From assembly GCA_002354055.1 (NCBI GenBank), contig DEKW01000006.1, forward strand, positions 1,864-65,863: 64,000 nt of DNA, given 5' to 3'. The stretch comes from Bacteroidales bacterium UBA2712. Lineage in GTDB: Bacteria; Bacteroidota; Bacteroidia; Bacteroidales; Paludibacteraceae. The translations under genes and the position numbers were made by a program. This document shows, piece after piece, positions 44,948-53,126 of the stretch. Numbering within the stretch: position 1 is the first letter of the stretch; each line of letters opens with the position of its first letter. Under the pieces are notes generated by a model. The model was not told the origin of the DNA, did no database searches, and was given only the letters and a program-made list of their open reading frames with translations.

Positions 44948-47536
44948 ATGAGAAAAATATTCATTTTGTTGGCGGCAACGATATGCGCTGTGGGTGCATA
45001 TGCCGCATCTATCACTGCTTCGGACGTGGATTTCGGAATAGTAAGTATCAAAGGGCAGAGTTCCGTAACGGCTACCGAAGAAATCCCTGTTTCGTGGAAC
45101 GGGCTGAGTAATCAAGGCTATTATATCTATGCGGAAATTACTTCCGGAGATGATAATTTCTTCATCAGCGGAGAGAGTTCCTATTACATGGGTTATGGAG
45201 CAAGCATGACCTATTCTACTACCTTTACGATTGGCTACTATGCTGAGACCGCGGGTTCCTTTACCGGTACGCTCCGTTTCTATAGTTACGACATCAATTA
45301 TAATGAGGTGGAGAAGATAGTCAACCTCAGTGTTGTTGTCAGTTCGGATGCTATAGTGGCCAACACCACTCCGTACGTGCGCATCAACTCTACCAGTGAG
45401 TTACACGAAGGCGATACTGTTGTGTTTGTGAATGAGGCAGCCGGAGCAGTCAGCGGTCCGCTGAACGGCACTTATCTGACGGCGATCACCGAAGGTGTGA
45501 CCATCAATGCCACTGCCGGAACAGCAGAGATGCCGGAAGGCGTAAGGGCATTTAAGATGCATAAATACAGCGGCAACTGGCAGTTCCTCTTCATCGAAGA
45601 TGAGACGACCGCCTTGCTCTTGGATTATGTATCGAATAATGCCAAGGGTGCTTTTGCAACAGTTTATGCCGCCGGGCAGACGGTTAAGACATGGGAGATC
45701 AGTATCAGCAACGGCGAGGCAGCAGTCTTCCGTCCCAACGATGCGGATCCTGCTTACCCGGTTCGGTTTAACAGCGACCGCTTTAAACCCTATAAGACCG
45801 AAGCTACCGGCACTTCGTTCGCGCTCTACAAGAAAGCCGGAGAAGCACAAGAAGTAAGCAGCTCTTTAGAGATCGAGGCTATCCAGTTTGGCGATGTGGA
45901 GTTGGGCGAGAGCGCTGAGGTGACGGTCAATTATACTGCCGAGAACCTGACGGATGATATCATCTGGGAGGTGGAAGGAACGGACGCTGCGTTGTTCAGC
46001 GTAACGGAGCAAGGCGACCGTACCGGCGGAACAGTGACCATCACTTATCTCGGTACCGGCACGCAGCTTGGTACGGTAGATGCGCATCTGAGTTACTTGA
46101 CGCAAGATATCCATCTGGAGATAATGGAAGGTACCGCGCCCATCACCATCAATCTCATACCGACGACTACCAAACTGACGAATCTGGCATTTGTGGGTGC
46201 TCCTTCCTCCATCGACCAGGGACAGTCCATCGACCTCAGTTCGTATATCGTCTATACGCCGAATGACGCGGCAGATAAGTCTTTGGTATGGAGCGTTGAT
46301 CATACGTATCAAGGTGAAGTTAGTGAAGCAGGTGTGCTGACTGCCAAGCATGTAGGCGGTACCGTGACGGTGACTGCGACCTCGGTGCGCGTGCCGAGCG
46401 TGAGCGCCAGCCATACCCTGACCATCACCGAACCGGTCGTCACGGATTTCACGCTCTCGCACAGCGAGATGACGATGCACAAAGGCGATACGCAGACGCT
46501 ATATGTGACGGCTATTGTGCCGGATTATGCAAGCGTGAGTCCTGCTTTCTCCAGCAATAACACCGCCGTAGCGACCATCAGTAACAGAGGTCTGGTGACG
46601 GCAAGAGGAATCGGTGAGGCGGTTATCACGGCTACTATCGGCAGCGTGGAACGGATTTGTACGGTACATGTGCAGCCGGTGGATGTAACCAGCGTCAGCT
46701 TTGATCCTGCTACCGTGAGTCTGACGGTGGGCTCGTACCTGCAGCTGAATCCGGTCGTGCTGCCTGCGCAAGCCAAGGACGAATACCCCATGACGTATGT
46801 CTCCGACAACGAGGCTGCGGCTACTGTGAGCGAGAGCGGTCTGGTTACCGGCATCGCAGAAGGCCAAGCCGTCATCACCGCTACTATCGGCGGCATGAGC
46901 GGGCAGATAACGGTAAACGTAGTTGCGGCATCGATGTTCACCAAAGTGACGGACGCTTCTACGCTGGCGGCGAAAGATACGATCGTTCTGGCTACTATTT
47001 ATAACAACAGCGGCGTGATTGCCGGTCCGCGCGGTACAGACAATGCCGGAAAGAAGAAACTGAGTGTTCTGACCGAAGGTGTAACCGTTACAGAGACAGA
47101 GGCATATGCTGATGAGGCTTGCCGTTTGGTACTGGGAACGGAGAAGAACAAAGAAGGCTTCACGCTGACAATCGTAGGCGGAAAGACGATAGCCGTAACC
47201 TCTACAGGCAACGATATCGTTGATGCAAACACGCAGAATTGCAAGTTCTGGGAGTTCGTAGAAGATGGCAATAACGGCTATTTCGTACGCAACCTCGGTA
47301 ACACGAACGCGATGTTCAAATACCACTCGGGTAATGCGGCTATCAAGCCATACAAGCTCAATACCACCGGTGCTGTGTACGTTTATGCCTATGTGCGCAA
47401 GTACGTAGATCCGATAGTGACCGGCATGGATGAGACGCAGGCTCCTTCGATCGAAAGCCGGAAGATTCTTCGCGACGGACAGGTGCTGATTCTCCGCAAC
47501 GGCGAGGTCTATACCGCCACCGGAATGAAGTTATAA
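44948..47536 (+). CDS. Secreted surface protein with three Big_2 (bacterial Ig-like group 2) domains, two copies of the novel module and the shared C-terminal motif
   Basis: Signal peptide MRKIFILLAATICAVGAYA. Big_2 signatures: ...GVLTAKHVGGTVTVTATS, ...GLVTARGIGEAVITATIG, ...GLVTGIAEGQAVITATIGG. C-terminus RKILRDGQVLILRNGEVYTATGMKL. Confidence 0.8.
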   Translation: MRKIFILLAATICAVGAYAASITASDVDFGIVSIKGQSSVTATEEIPVSWNGLSNQGYYIYAEITSGDDNFFISGESSYYMGYGASMTYSTTFTIGYYAETAGSFTGTLRFYSYDINYNEVEKIVNLSVVVSSDAIVANTTPYVRINSTSELHEGDTVVFVNEAAGAVSGPLNGTYLTAITEGVTINATAGTAEMPEGVRAFKMHKYSGNWQFLFIEDETTALLLDYVSNNAKGAFATVYAAGQTVKTWEISISNGEAAVFRPNDADPAYPVRFNSDRFKPYKTEATGTSFALYKKAGEAQEVSSSLEIEAIQFGDVELGESAEVTVNYTAENLTDDIIWEVEGTDAALFSVTEQGDRTGGTVTITYLGTGTQLGTVDAHLSYLTQDIHLEIMEGTAPITINLIPTTTKLTNLAFVGAPSSIDQGQSIDLSSYIVYTPNDAADKSLVWSVDHTYQGEVSEAGVLTAKHVGGTVTVTATSVRVPSVSASHTLTITEPVVTDFTLSHSEMTMHKGDTQTLYVTAIVPDYASVSPAFSSNNTAVATISNRGLVTARGIGEAVITATIGSVERICTVHVQPVDVTSVSFDPATVSLTVGSYLQLNPVVLPAQAKDEYPMTYVSDNEAAATVSESGLVTGIAEGQAVITATIGGMSGQITVNVVAASMFTKVTDASTLAAKDTIVLATIYNNSGVIAGPRGTDNAGKKKLSVLTEGVTVTETEAYADEACRLVLGTEKNKEGFTLTIVGGKTIAVTSTGNDIVDANTQNCKFWEFVEDGNNGYFVRNLGNTNAMFKYHSGNAAIKPYKLNTTGAVYVYAYVRKYVDPIVTGMDETQAPSIESRKILRDGQVLILRNGEVYTATGMKL
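47459..47533 (+). other. Coding segment for the shared C-terminal motif (RKILRDGQVLILRNGEVYTATGMKL)
   Basis: Direct alignment by eye. Confidence 0.85.
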
Positions 47537-49495
47537 CTTTGCGCGGAGGAGCAGATGAAGATCGGTTCTGGTTTGTGGGCGGCTGTGTGAGGCCGCCCAC
47601 TGCTTTGCATAAACGGTCTCGGAGACGCGGAAGTAAAGTGCGAGCTGCGGGATAATCTGCCATCTGAGGCACAGGTAAGCGCGACCGCCCAGACCATAAG
47701 TCGCAGGGATAGAAAAGGCGTACAGCACATCGTGCTCGTAGGTATAGATGCGGTTCGCCCATTCGCGCGCGTCGAAGCCCTGAAGCCGGAAGCGAAGGCT
47801 GAGAGGTGTATGGTGTACGGTGTAGGGTGTCAAATCAATGGCTATATCTTGCGCCAGACTTACGCCGTAGGTTAGTTGAGGGGTTAGAGGATTAGTGGTT
47901 AGGGGGTTAGTGGTGAGGTTGGCTTCCGCGGTGGTACGCAGCGACCAGCTGCCTTGAGACCAATCGAACTGCGCACGGGTGGAGTAGGTGGCATCACCTT
48001 TCTGCCGCGCGCGGAGACGGAGAAAAAGCCGCCATGCATTGCGGCTGTACTGCAGCTCTGCCATGGCATCATATCCCAGAGTCTTAACAGCATCCCCTAA
48101 ACCATACTTGTAGCCGCTGAAATAGAACACATCCCCGTAACCCGAAATCCGCCAGTTGCGCCAGCGGGTAATCTCAAAACCCAAGTACCCGCCGTTCTCG
48201 TCGTTGATGCGCGAGGTCTCGGAGAAAGCGTAGCCCAAGGCGTTATCGAAATACGGCGAGTAGTAGCGGTATAACGCCACAAGCGAGAGACCTTGAGTTG
48301 GGTAGAAACGGCTGCCGACGAGAACACCGAGACCCCAACTATCATTTTGCGTTGTGGCGACCTCGCCGAAGGCATCGAACCAGCCGTGGTTGTACCGGAA
48401 CGAAGCGCCTATGACTGCCTGATTGCGGCCGCGGAAATAATGGCGGTTGTATTTGGCGTTGCGGTAGGGGTGAATACTGTCCGACCAGAGGTTCTCTATC
48501 GCCGTCAGTTGGACTTCCAGCCGTTTATGTCGCAGCGTGAGGTTGGCGCCCAACAGGTGATGCCAAGTGGAGTCATTCGCGCGGCGCATGGAGTAGAGTG
48601 CCGAAGCGTCCAGACGTGTCTGAGACGAGAAAGCATGGCGGATGGTAGCTCCTACGCCGTGCAGTCCTTCGCCATCGACCGACGAGTAATACCGCAAGCC
48701 CTGCTGCTGCATGCCAACTGAAGAGACATACGAACTCTTGCCGGAATGAAAGACCGGTGCGAGCACCAGACCCTGCCCGAAAGAGGCCTGGAAATTGCCA
48801 CCGACGACCGTGTGCAGATGGGGCGTTATGTCGCGCAGTTGCAGATATGCACCGTATTGCAGATCCTTCGCTACACCTCCCACCGGCCGTCTCAACTGTG
48901 CGCCGAAAGTGACCTTCCTTTGATAATCAAACCTGTAGCGTCCCTGCACGTACATCGGGTCCGTACCTTCCATTCCTTCTATATTACGCGCATCCACGCG
49001 CGTGATAACCTCATGTGTCGCGTGGGCAAAGACCTCGCGGGGATGCAATTTTTGATTTATGATTTCTGATTTATGATTTCTGATTTGGACGAACGGCAAC
49101 AGGTCGCGGATCTCGTACTCCGTCAGCGACGGGATGAGCCGTAGCTCGTATAGCGACTCAAACGGGTGTCTGCCGGCATAGGCGAGGATATCATCAATCT
49201 GCTGCGGCGAGAGAAAATATAGTTGCGAGAGTTCTTCATCCGAAGTGTGGTTCAGGTCTATCGGCGCGTCATGCAGCGCGTACAGATCCGTCTGCAACTG
49301 CTCATAATCCACTTCGCTGAACTCCGTAACGGCATTGTAGATGTCCAGTACGATTTCGTCTAAGGTGAACGTTGAAGGTTGAAGGTTTACAGGGGCATCC
49401 TCGGCCCTTCCCTGAAAGGAAGTGAGGATGAATAAAATGATTATTATGACTCGTAATTGTCGTTTCACGGCACAAAAGTACAAAATATTTTGCAT
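47531..49495 (-). CDS. Helix-hairpin-helix (ComEA-like) domain protein fused to a large outer-membrane beta-barrel-like region
   Basis: The N-terminal region ...LNHTSDEELSQLYFLSPQQIDDILAYAGRHPFESLYELRLIPSLTEYEIRDLLPFV matches a tandem HhH pattern. The C-terminal ~450 aa are rich in Y/G/R beta strands. Start is uncertain: ATG at 49495 or GTG at 49468, because a promoter box lies between them. Confidence 0.6.
   Translation of the reverse strand: MQNILYFCAVKRQLRVIIIILFILTSFQGRAEDAPVNLQPSTFTLDEIVLDIYNAVTEFSEVDYEQLQTDLYALHDAPIDLNHTSDEELSQLYFLSPQQIDDILAYAGRHPFESLYELRLIPSLTEYEIRDLLPFVQIRNHKSEIINQKLHPREVFAHATHEVITRVDARNIEGMEGTDPMYVQGRYRFDYQRKVTFGAQLRRPVGGVAKDLQYGAYLQLRDITPHLHTVVGGNFQASFGQGLVLAPVFHSGKSSYVSSVGMQQQGLRYYSSVDGEGLHGVGATIRHAFSSQTRLDASALYSMRRANDSTWHHLLGANLTLRHKRLEVQLTAIENLWSDSIHPYRNAKYNRHYFRGRNQAVIGASFRYNHGWFDAFGEVATTQNDSWGLGVLVGSRFYPTQGLSLVALYRYYSPYFDNALGYAFSETSRINDENGGYLGFEITRWRNWRISGYGDVFYFSGYKYGLGDAVKTLGYDAMAELQYSRNAWRLFLRLRARQKGDATYSTRAQFDWSQGSWSLRTTAEANLTTNPLTTNPLTPQLTYGVSLAQDIAIDLTPYTVHHTPLSLRFRLQGFDAREWANRIYTYEHDVLYAFSIPATYGLGGRAYLCLRWQIIPQLALYFRVSETVYAKQWAASHSRPQTRTDLHLLLRAKL
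47870..47920. repeat. Tandem 7-8-nt array (TTAGNGG-type, about 5-6 copies)
   Basis: GGTTAGTTGAGGGGTTAGAGGATTAGTGGTTAGGGGGTTAGTGGTGAGG, read directly. On the minus strand it encodes NLTTNPLTTNPLTPQL. Confidence 0.75.
49053..49087. repeat. Tandem heptamer array, 5 copies (TGATTTA TGATTTC TGATTTA TGATTTC TGATTTG)
   Basis: Read directly. On the minus strand it encodes part of QIRNHKSEIINQKLH. Confidence 0.9.
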
Positions 49496-49504
49496 TAATG
49501 CAAA
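49473..49504 (-). promoter_or_regulatory. Bacteroidota-type promoter (TTTG, 20 nt spacer, TACTTTTG) for the HhH/OMP gene
   Basis: Read from the reverse complement. It overlaps the divergent promoter. Confidence 0.6.
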
Positions 49505-49520
49505 ATTTTTCGTAACTTTG
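49489..49520 (+). promoter_or_regulatory. Bacteroidota-type promoter (TTTG, 20 nt spacer, TAACTTTG) for the 49531 gene
   Basis: Read directly. The -7 box ends 10 nt before the ATG, implying a very short leader. Confidence 0.65.
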
Positions 49521-49530
49521 CAGCGTTTTT

Positions 49531-50415
49531 ATGAACCAAAAGACGTTTTATCATATCATTGAGTGGGCTGTGGCGCTCGCAGCGTGCGTATTTCTGGGCT
49601 ACAAACTGGTCACGTTCGAGGACTATCCTGCCTTGTGGGAGAGTCTTCGTGGCATGGCATGGCAGCACTATCTGGCGCTCGGCCTGTGTGTGGCGCTGAT
49701 GCCGGTGAACATGGCGATCGAGGCGTGGCGGTGGCAGACGTTAATGAATGAAGGAGTGAACGAATTAACGAGTGAACGAATGGCGTTCAGCGAGGCGCAG
49801 CGGCAGGTCTATTATTCCAAACTCGCCGGACTCATTACCCCTTGGCGGCTGGGTGAGTACCCCGCGAGAGGGGTGTTAATGGGTGAACCTGTCTGGCCGC
49901 GGGTGTTGAGTATGGGGGCGGTAGGCAGTGCCACGATGACGGCGGCAATCGTCATCGCCGGCGTGGTAGCATTGGCGTTCAGCCCATCGGTCATGGCGCA
50001 GTTAGGCGATAGTTATCTCTACGCCCTCGCAGCGGTTATTCTGCTCTTGGCGATTGCTTTTGCGTTGGCACCCAAAGCCCTGAAGAAATTCGCCGAAGTG
50101 AACCAGCAACTGCTCTTCCGTAGCTTAGCCCAGAGCCTCATTCGGTTGCTCTGTTGGTGCGTCCAGCTCGCATTGGTGCTTTGGGCGCTGGGAGCGGTTA
50201 CTGGTGATGGGTTACTGGTGATGGGTTACGGATTACCGATTTATTATCTGCTGGTGACCATCACGCCGAATGTGCCGATTGCGGAAGTAGGCGTACGCGG
50301 CGCATGGGCGATTGTAGTATTCGGGTCGATGAACGCAGCCTTGGCTGGCGTCCTGCTATGGGTGATAAACACCCTGCTACCCTGCCTCGGATGGTTCTTT
50401 TTTAGGAAAAAATAA
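49531..50415 (+). CDS. Polytopic membrane protein, lysylphosphatidylglycerol-synthase-TM / UPF0104 (flippase-like)-type
   Basis: 294 aa with about 8 hydrophobic segments. The family call rests on general resemblance only. Confidence 0.5.
   Translation: MNQKTFYHIIEWAVALAACVFLGYKLVTFEDYPALWESLRGMAWQHYLALGLCVALMPVNMAIEAWRWQTLMNEGVNELTSERMAFSEAQRQVYYSKLAGLITPWRLGEYPARGVLMGEPVWPRVLSMGAVGSATMTAAIVIAGVVALAFSPSVMAQLGDSYLYALAAVILLLAIAFALAPKALKKFAEVNQQLLFRSLAQSLIRLLCWCVQLALVLWALGAVTGDGLLVMGYGLPIYYLLVTITPNVPIAEVGVRGAWAIVVFGSMNAALAGVLLWVINTLLPCLGWFFFRKK
50197..50238. repeat. Tandem heptamer array, 6 copies with 14-nt super-period (GGTTACT GGTGATG GGTTACT GGTGATG GGTTACG GATTACC)
   Basis: Read directly. 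It encodes VTGDGLLVMGYGLP inside the membrane protein. Confidence 0.9.
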
Positions 50416-50422
50416 CAAAACC

Positions 50423-50454
50423 CTTGCGTATGTCGCAAAAAAGCAGTAATTTTG
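50423..50454 (+). promoter_or_regulatory. Bacteroidota-type promoter of malQ (CTTG, 20 nt spacer, TAATTTTG)
   Basis: CTTGCGTATGTCGCAAAAAAGCAGTAATTTTG. It shares the CTTGCGTATGTC module with the promoter at 56631. Confidence 0.7.
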
Positions 50455-50492
50455 TAGCCGAAAGTGAAAAATATAAAAAACACCATTATACC

Positions 50493-53096
50493 ATGAACAT
50501 TAATTTTCAGATTCATTATCGTGCCGAGTACGGCCAGAGTCTCTGCGTGATTGAGACGCAGGAGTCGATTTTAGGCTGGTCTGAGAAAGACCCGTTGGTG
50601 CTGAATTGCCAAGGAACCGATTTCTGGCAGGCAAACGTCCCCATTAGCGATTTTGCCGGCAGTATTCAGTACAAATATGCGATTCGTCTGCAGGACGGAC
50701 GATATATCTATGAGGCAGGCGAACCCCGTACCTTGGCTCTCAAAGCCGCTGACAAGAAACTCGTCGTTCGCGACGCTTGGCAGGCAAGCACCTATGAGGA
50801 CAGTTTCTATACGACCGCCTTCCTCAAGTCCCTTTTTATGCGCCATAACCCCGCTAAGGTGAAGGTCCCAAAGGGTAACGTCCGTTTCTCCATCGACCTG
50901 CCGCAGATCCTGCCGACACAGGGCGTAGCGATCGTCGGTAACTGCCCGGAGTTAGGCGACTGGAATGTCGATAACAAGCTCGTTATGAGCGATGCGGAGT
51001 TCCCGGTTTGGAAAGCAGATATCAAGGTCTCGGAGGCGCAGATCATCGAATATAAATACCTCGTTTATGACCTCAAGACCGGCGCGCAGGTAGATATGGA
51101 GTGGGGTGAGAACCGCCAGATCTGGGGCATCGAGAAGGGTATGGTCATCTGCCAGAACGACCGTGGTTTCCGCCGCACGCAACCGCGATGGAAAGGTGCC
51201 GGCGTAGCTGTTCCGGTCTTCTCGCTCCGTACGGAGGAGGGCTTCGGTATCGGTGAGTTCCAGGACCTCAAGAAGATGGCAGACTGGGCTGCGGCTACGG
51301 GTCAGAAGATGATCCAGACCCTGCCGATCAACGATACCACGCTCCGTCATAATAACCTCGACAGTTATCCTTACAACGCTGTTTCCGTTTTCGCGCTTCA
51401 TCCGATATATATCAATATCGAGAAGATGGGTCGCCTGACGCCGGCGCAGAAGAAGAAATACGAAGCGCAGAAAGCGGAGTTCAACGCCCTCAAGATCGCT
51501 GATTACCAGAACGTCTATGACGCCAAGACCGTCTTCTTCAAGGCGCTCTTCAAGCAGGACAAGGATGCGCTCTTCTCCTCCGAGGAGTATAAGGCGTTCT
51601 TTGCGAAGAACCGTGAGTGGCTCGAGCCCTATGCCGAGTTCCTCCACAAGCGCGACAAGCAGCCGAAGGAGTACTACTATTTTCTGCAGTTCCATGCCGA
51701 CAAACAGCTGGCGGACGCAGTGGCTTATGCTCACTCAATCGGCGTGGCGATGAAAGGAGATATACCTATCGGTATCAGCCCCGACTCCGTCGATGCAGCC
51801 GTTTATCCGGAGCTCTTTAACCTGGACGCTTCCGCAGGAGCACCGCCCGATGACTTCTCTATCTCCGGCCAGAACTGGGGATTCCCGACCTATAACTGGG
51901 ATAAGATGGCAGAGGATAACTTCGCTTGGTGGCAGAAACGGTTCCGTAAGATGCAGGACTATTTCGATGCTTACCGTGTAGATCATATCCTTGGTTTCTT
52001 CCGTATCTGGCAGATGCGCAAGACGGACGTGTGGGGTCTCTGCGGTCATTTCGTTCCGGCGCTGCCGTACAGCTACGACGACCTCTGTGCGCAAGGCGTT
52101 TGCCTCGACTGGGACCGTATGACCAAGCCCTATATCCGCTCGAATTTCTTAGGTGATGTCCTGGGTTATGATACCGAGTGGGCGAAGAAGAATGCCCTTC
52201 AGACCCGCGATGGATACGTCTATTGGTTCCGTCCGGAGTTTGATACGCAAGTCAAAGTGCAGGAGTGGTACGACCGCCTGATGGAAGATCCGAAGCAACT
52301 CAAAGCAGCAGGCTTGAGCAAAGAGGCTGCGAAGAATATCTGCAACGGCTTGATTTATCTCCATTGCGAGGTGCTGATGGTAGAAGACCAGCGTCGTCCT
52401 GGATGGCTCCATCCGCGTATCTCGATCTACCAGAGCCACTCTTTCAACGAGCTCTACTCCGACCAGAAAGAGGTGCTCATGCGAATCTACAATGAGTATT
52501 TCTATCGCCGTCATACGCAGTTCTGGCGTGATTCCGCGATGCGCAAACTGCCGACGCTTATCGGCGCAACGAAGATGCTCTGCTGCGGCGAGGATCTCGG
52601 TATGGTGCCCGCTTGTGTGCCTGACGTGATGCATGAGTTGCAGATCCTCAGTCTCGAGATCCAGCGTATGCCGAAAGACCCGACGGTGAAGTTTGCACAC
52701 CCTGCCGACGCTCCGTATCAGTCTGTCTGCACCACCGGTACGCACGACATGAACCCGCTCCGCGCGTGGTGGGAAGAAGACCGCGCGGTAACGCAACAGT
52801 TCTACAATGAGCAAATGGGCTGGTGGGGCGATGCCCCCAAAGAGATGACGCCGGAGATCGCAGAGTTCATCATCAACCAGCATATGTATTCACCTGCGAT
52901 GTGGACCATCCTGCCGCTGCAAGACTGGCTCGCTATCGACGGCGACGTACGTATCAAAGACCAGTTCTCGGACCGCATCAATGTGCCCGCTAACCCGCGC
53001 CATTTCTGGAACTACCGCATGCACCTGTCCATCGAACAGCTGCTAAAGGAGAAGAAACTGAATGAGAAAATAAAGAAACTCACGTCGGTGAGATAA
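50493..53096 (+). CDS. malQ: 4-alpha-glucanotransferase (GH77, amylomaltase) with N-terminal starch-binding (CBM20-like) domains
   Basis: GVAVPVFSLRTEEGFGIGEF...YPYNAVSVFALHPIY...RVDHILGFFRIW...CGEDLG...TGTHD are GH77 catalytic signatures. I chose the ATG at 50493, downstream of the promoter. Confidence 0.9.
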   Translation: MNINFQIHYRAEYGQSLCVIETQESILGWSEKDPLVLNCQGTDFWQANVPISDFAGSIQYKYAIRLQDGRYIYEAGEPRTLALKAADKKLVVRDAWQASTYEDSFYTTAFLKSLFMRHNPAKVKVPKGNVRFSIDLPQILPTQGVAIVGNCPELGDWNVDNKLVMSDAEFPVWKADIKVSEAQIIEYKYLVYDLKTGAQVDMEWGENRQIWGIEKGMVICQNDRGFRRTQPRWKGAGVAVPVFSLRTEEGFGIGEFQDLKKMADWAAATGQKMIQTLPINDTTLRHNNLDSYPYNAVSVFALHPIYINIEKMGRLTPAQKKKYEAQKAEFNALKIADYQNVYDAKTVFFKALFKQDKDALFSSEEYKAFFAKNREWLEPYAEFLHKRDKQPKEYYYFLQFHADKQLADAVAYAHSIGVAMKGDIPIGISPDSVDAAVYPELFNLDASAGAPPDDFSISGQNWGFPTYNWDKMAEDNFAWWQKRFRKMQDYFDAYRVDHILGFFRIWQMRKTDVWGLCGHFVPALPYSYDDLCAQGVCLDWDRMTKPYIRSNFLGDVLGYDTEWAKKNALQTRDGYVYWFRPEFDTQVKVQEWYDRLMEDPKQLKAAGLSKEAAKNICNGLIYLHCEVLMVEDQRRPGWLHPRISIYQSHSFNELYSDQKEVLMRIYNEYFYRRHTQFWRDSAMRKLPTLIGATKMLCCGEDLGMVPACVPDVMHELQILSLEIQRMPKDPTVKFAHPADAPYQSVCTTGTHDMNPLRAWWEEDRAVTQQFYNEQMGWWGDAPKEMTPEIAEFIINQHMYSPAMWTILPLQDWLAIDGDVRIKDQFSDRINVPANPRHFWNYRMHLSIEQLLKEKKLNEKIKKLTSVR

Positions 53097-53100
53097 ATTT

Positions 53101-53126
53101 CGTAATCCCGTAATAACGTAATTACG
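53101..53126. repeat. Tandem octamer (CGTAATNN) x3 plus partial copy
   Basis: CGTAATCC CGTAATAA CGTAATTA CG, read directly. It spans the malQ-ispH intergenic gap and the ispH stop. Confidence 0.8.

Noticed and set aside
29229-47536. Calling the AT-rich region a prophage, ICE or transposon
   Set aside because: I could recognise no integrase, transposase, relaxase, phage structural gene or flanking att/tRNA. Composition alone, judged by eye, is insufficient, and the 3' part of the locus approaches backbone composition.
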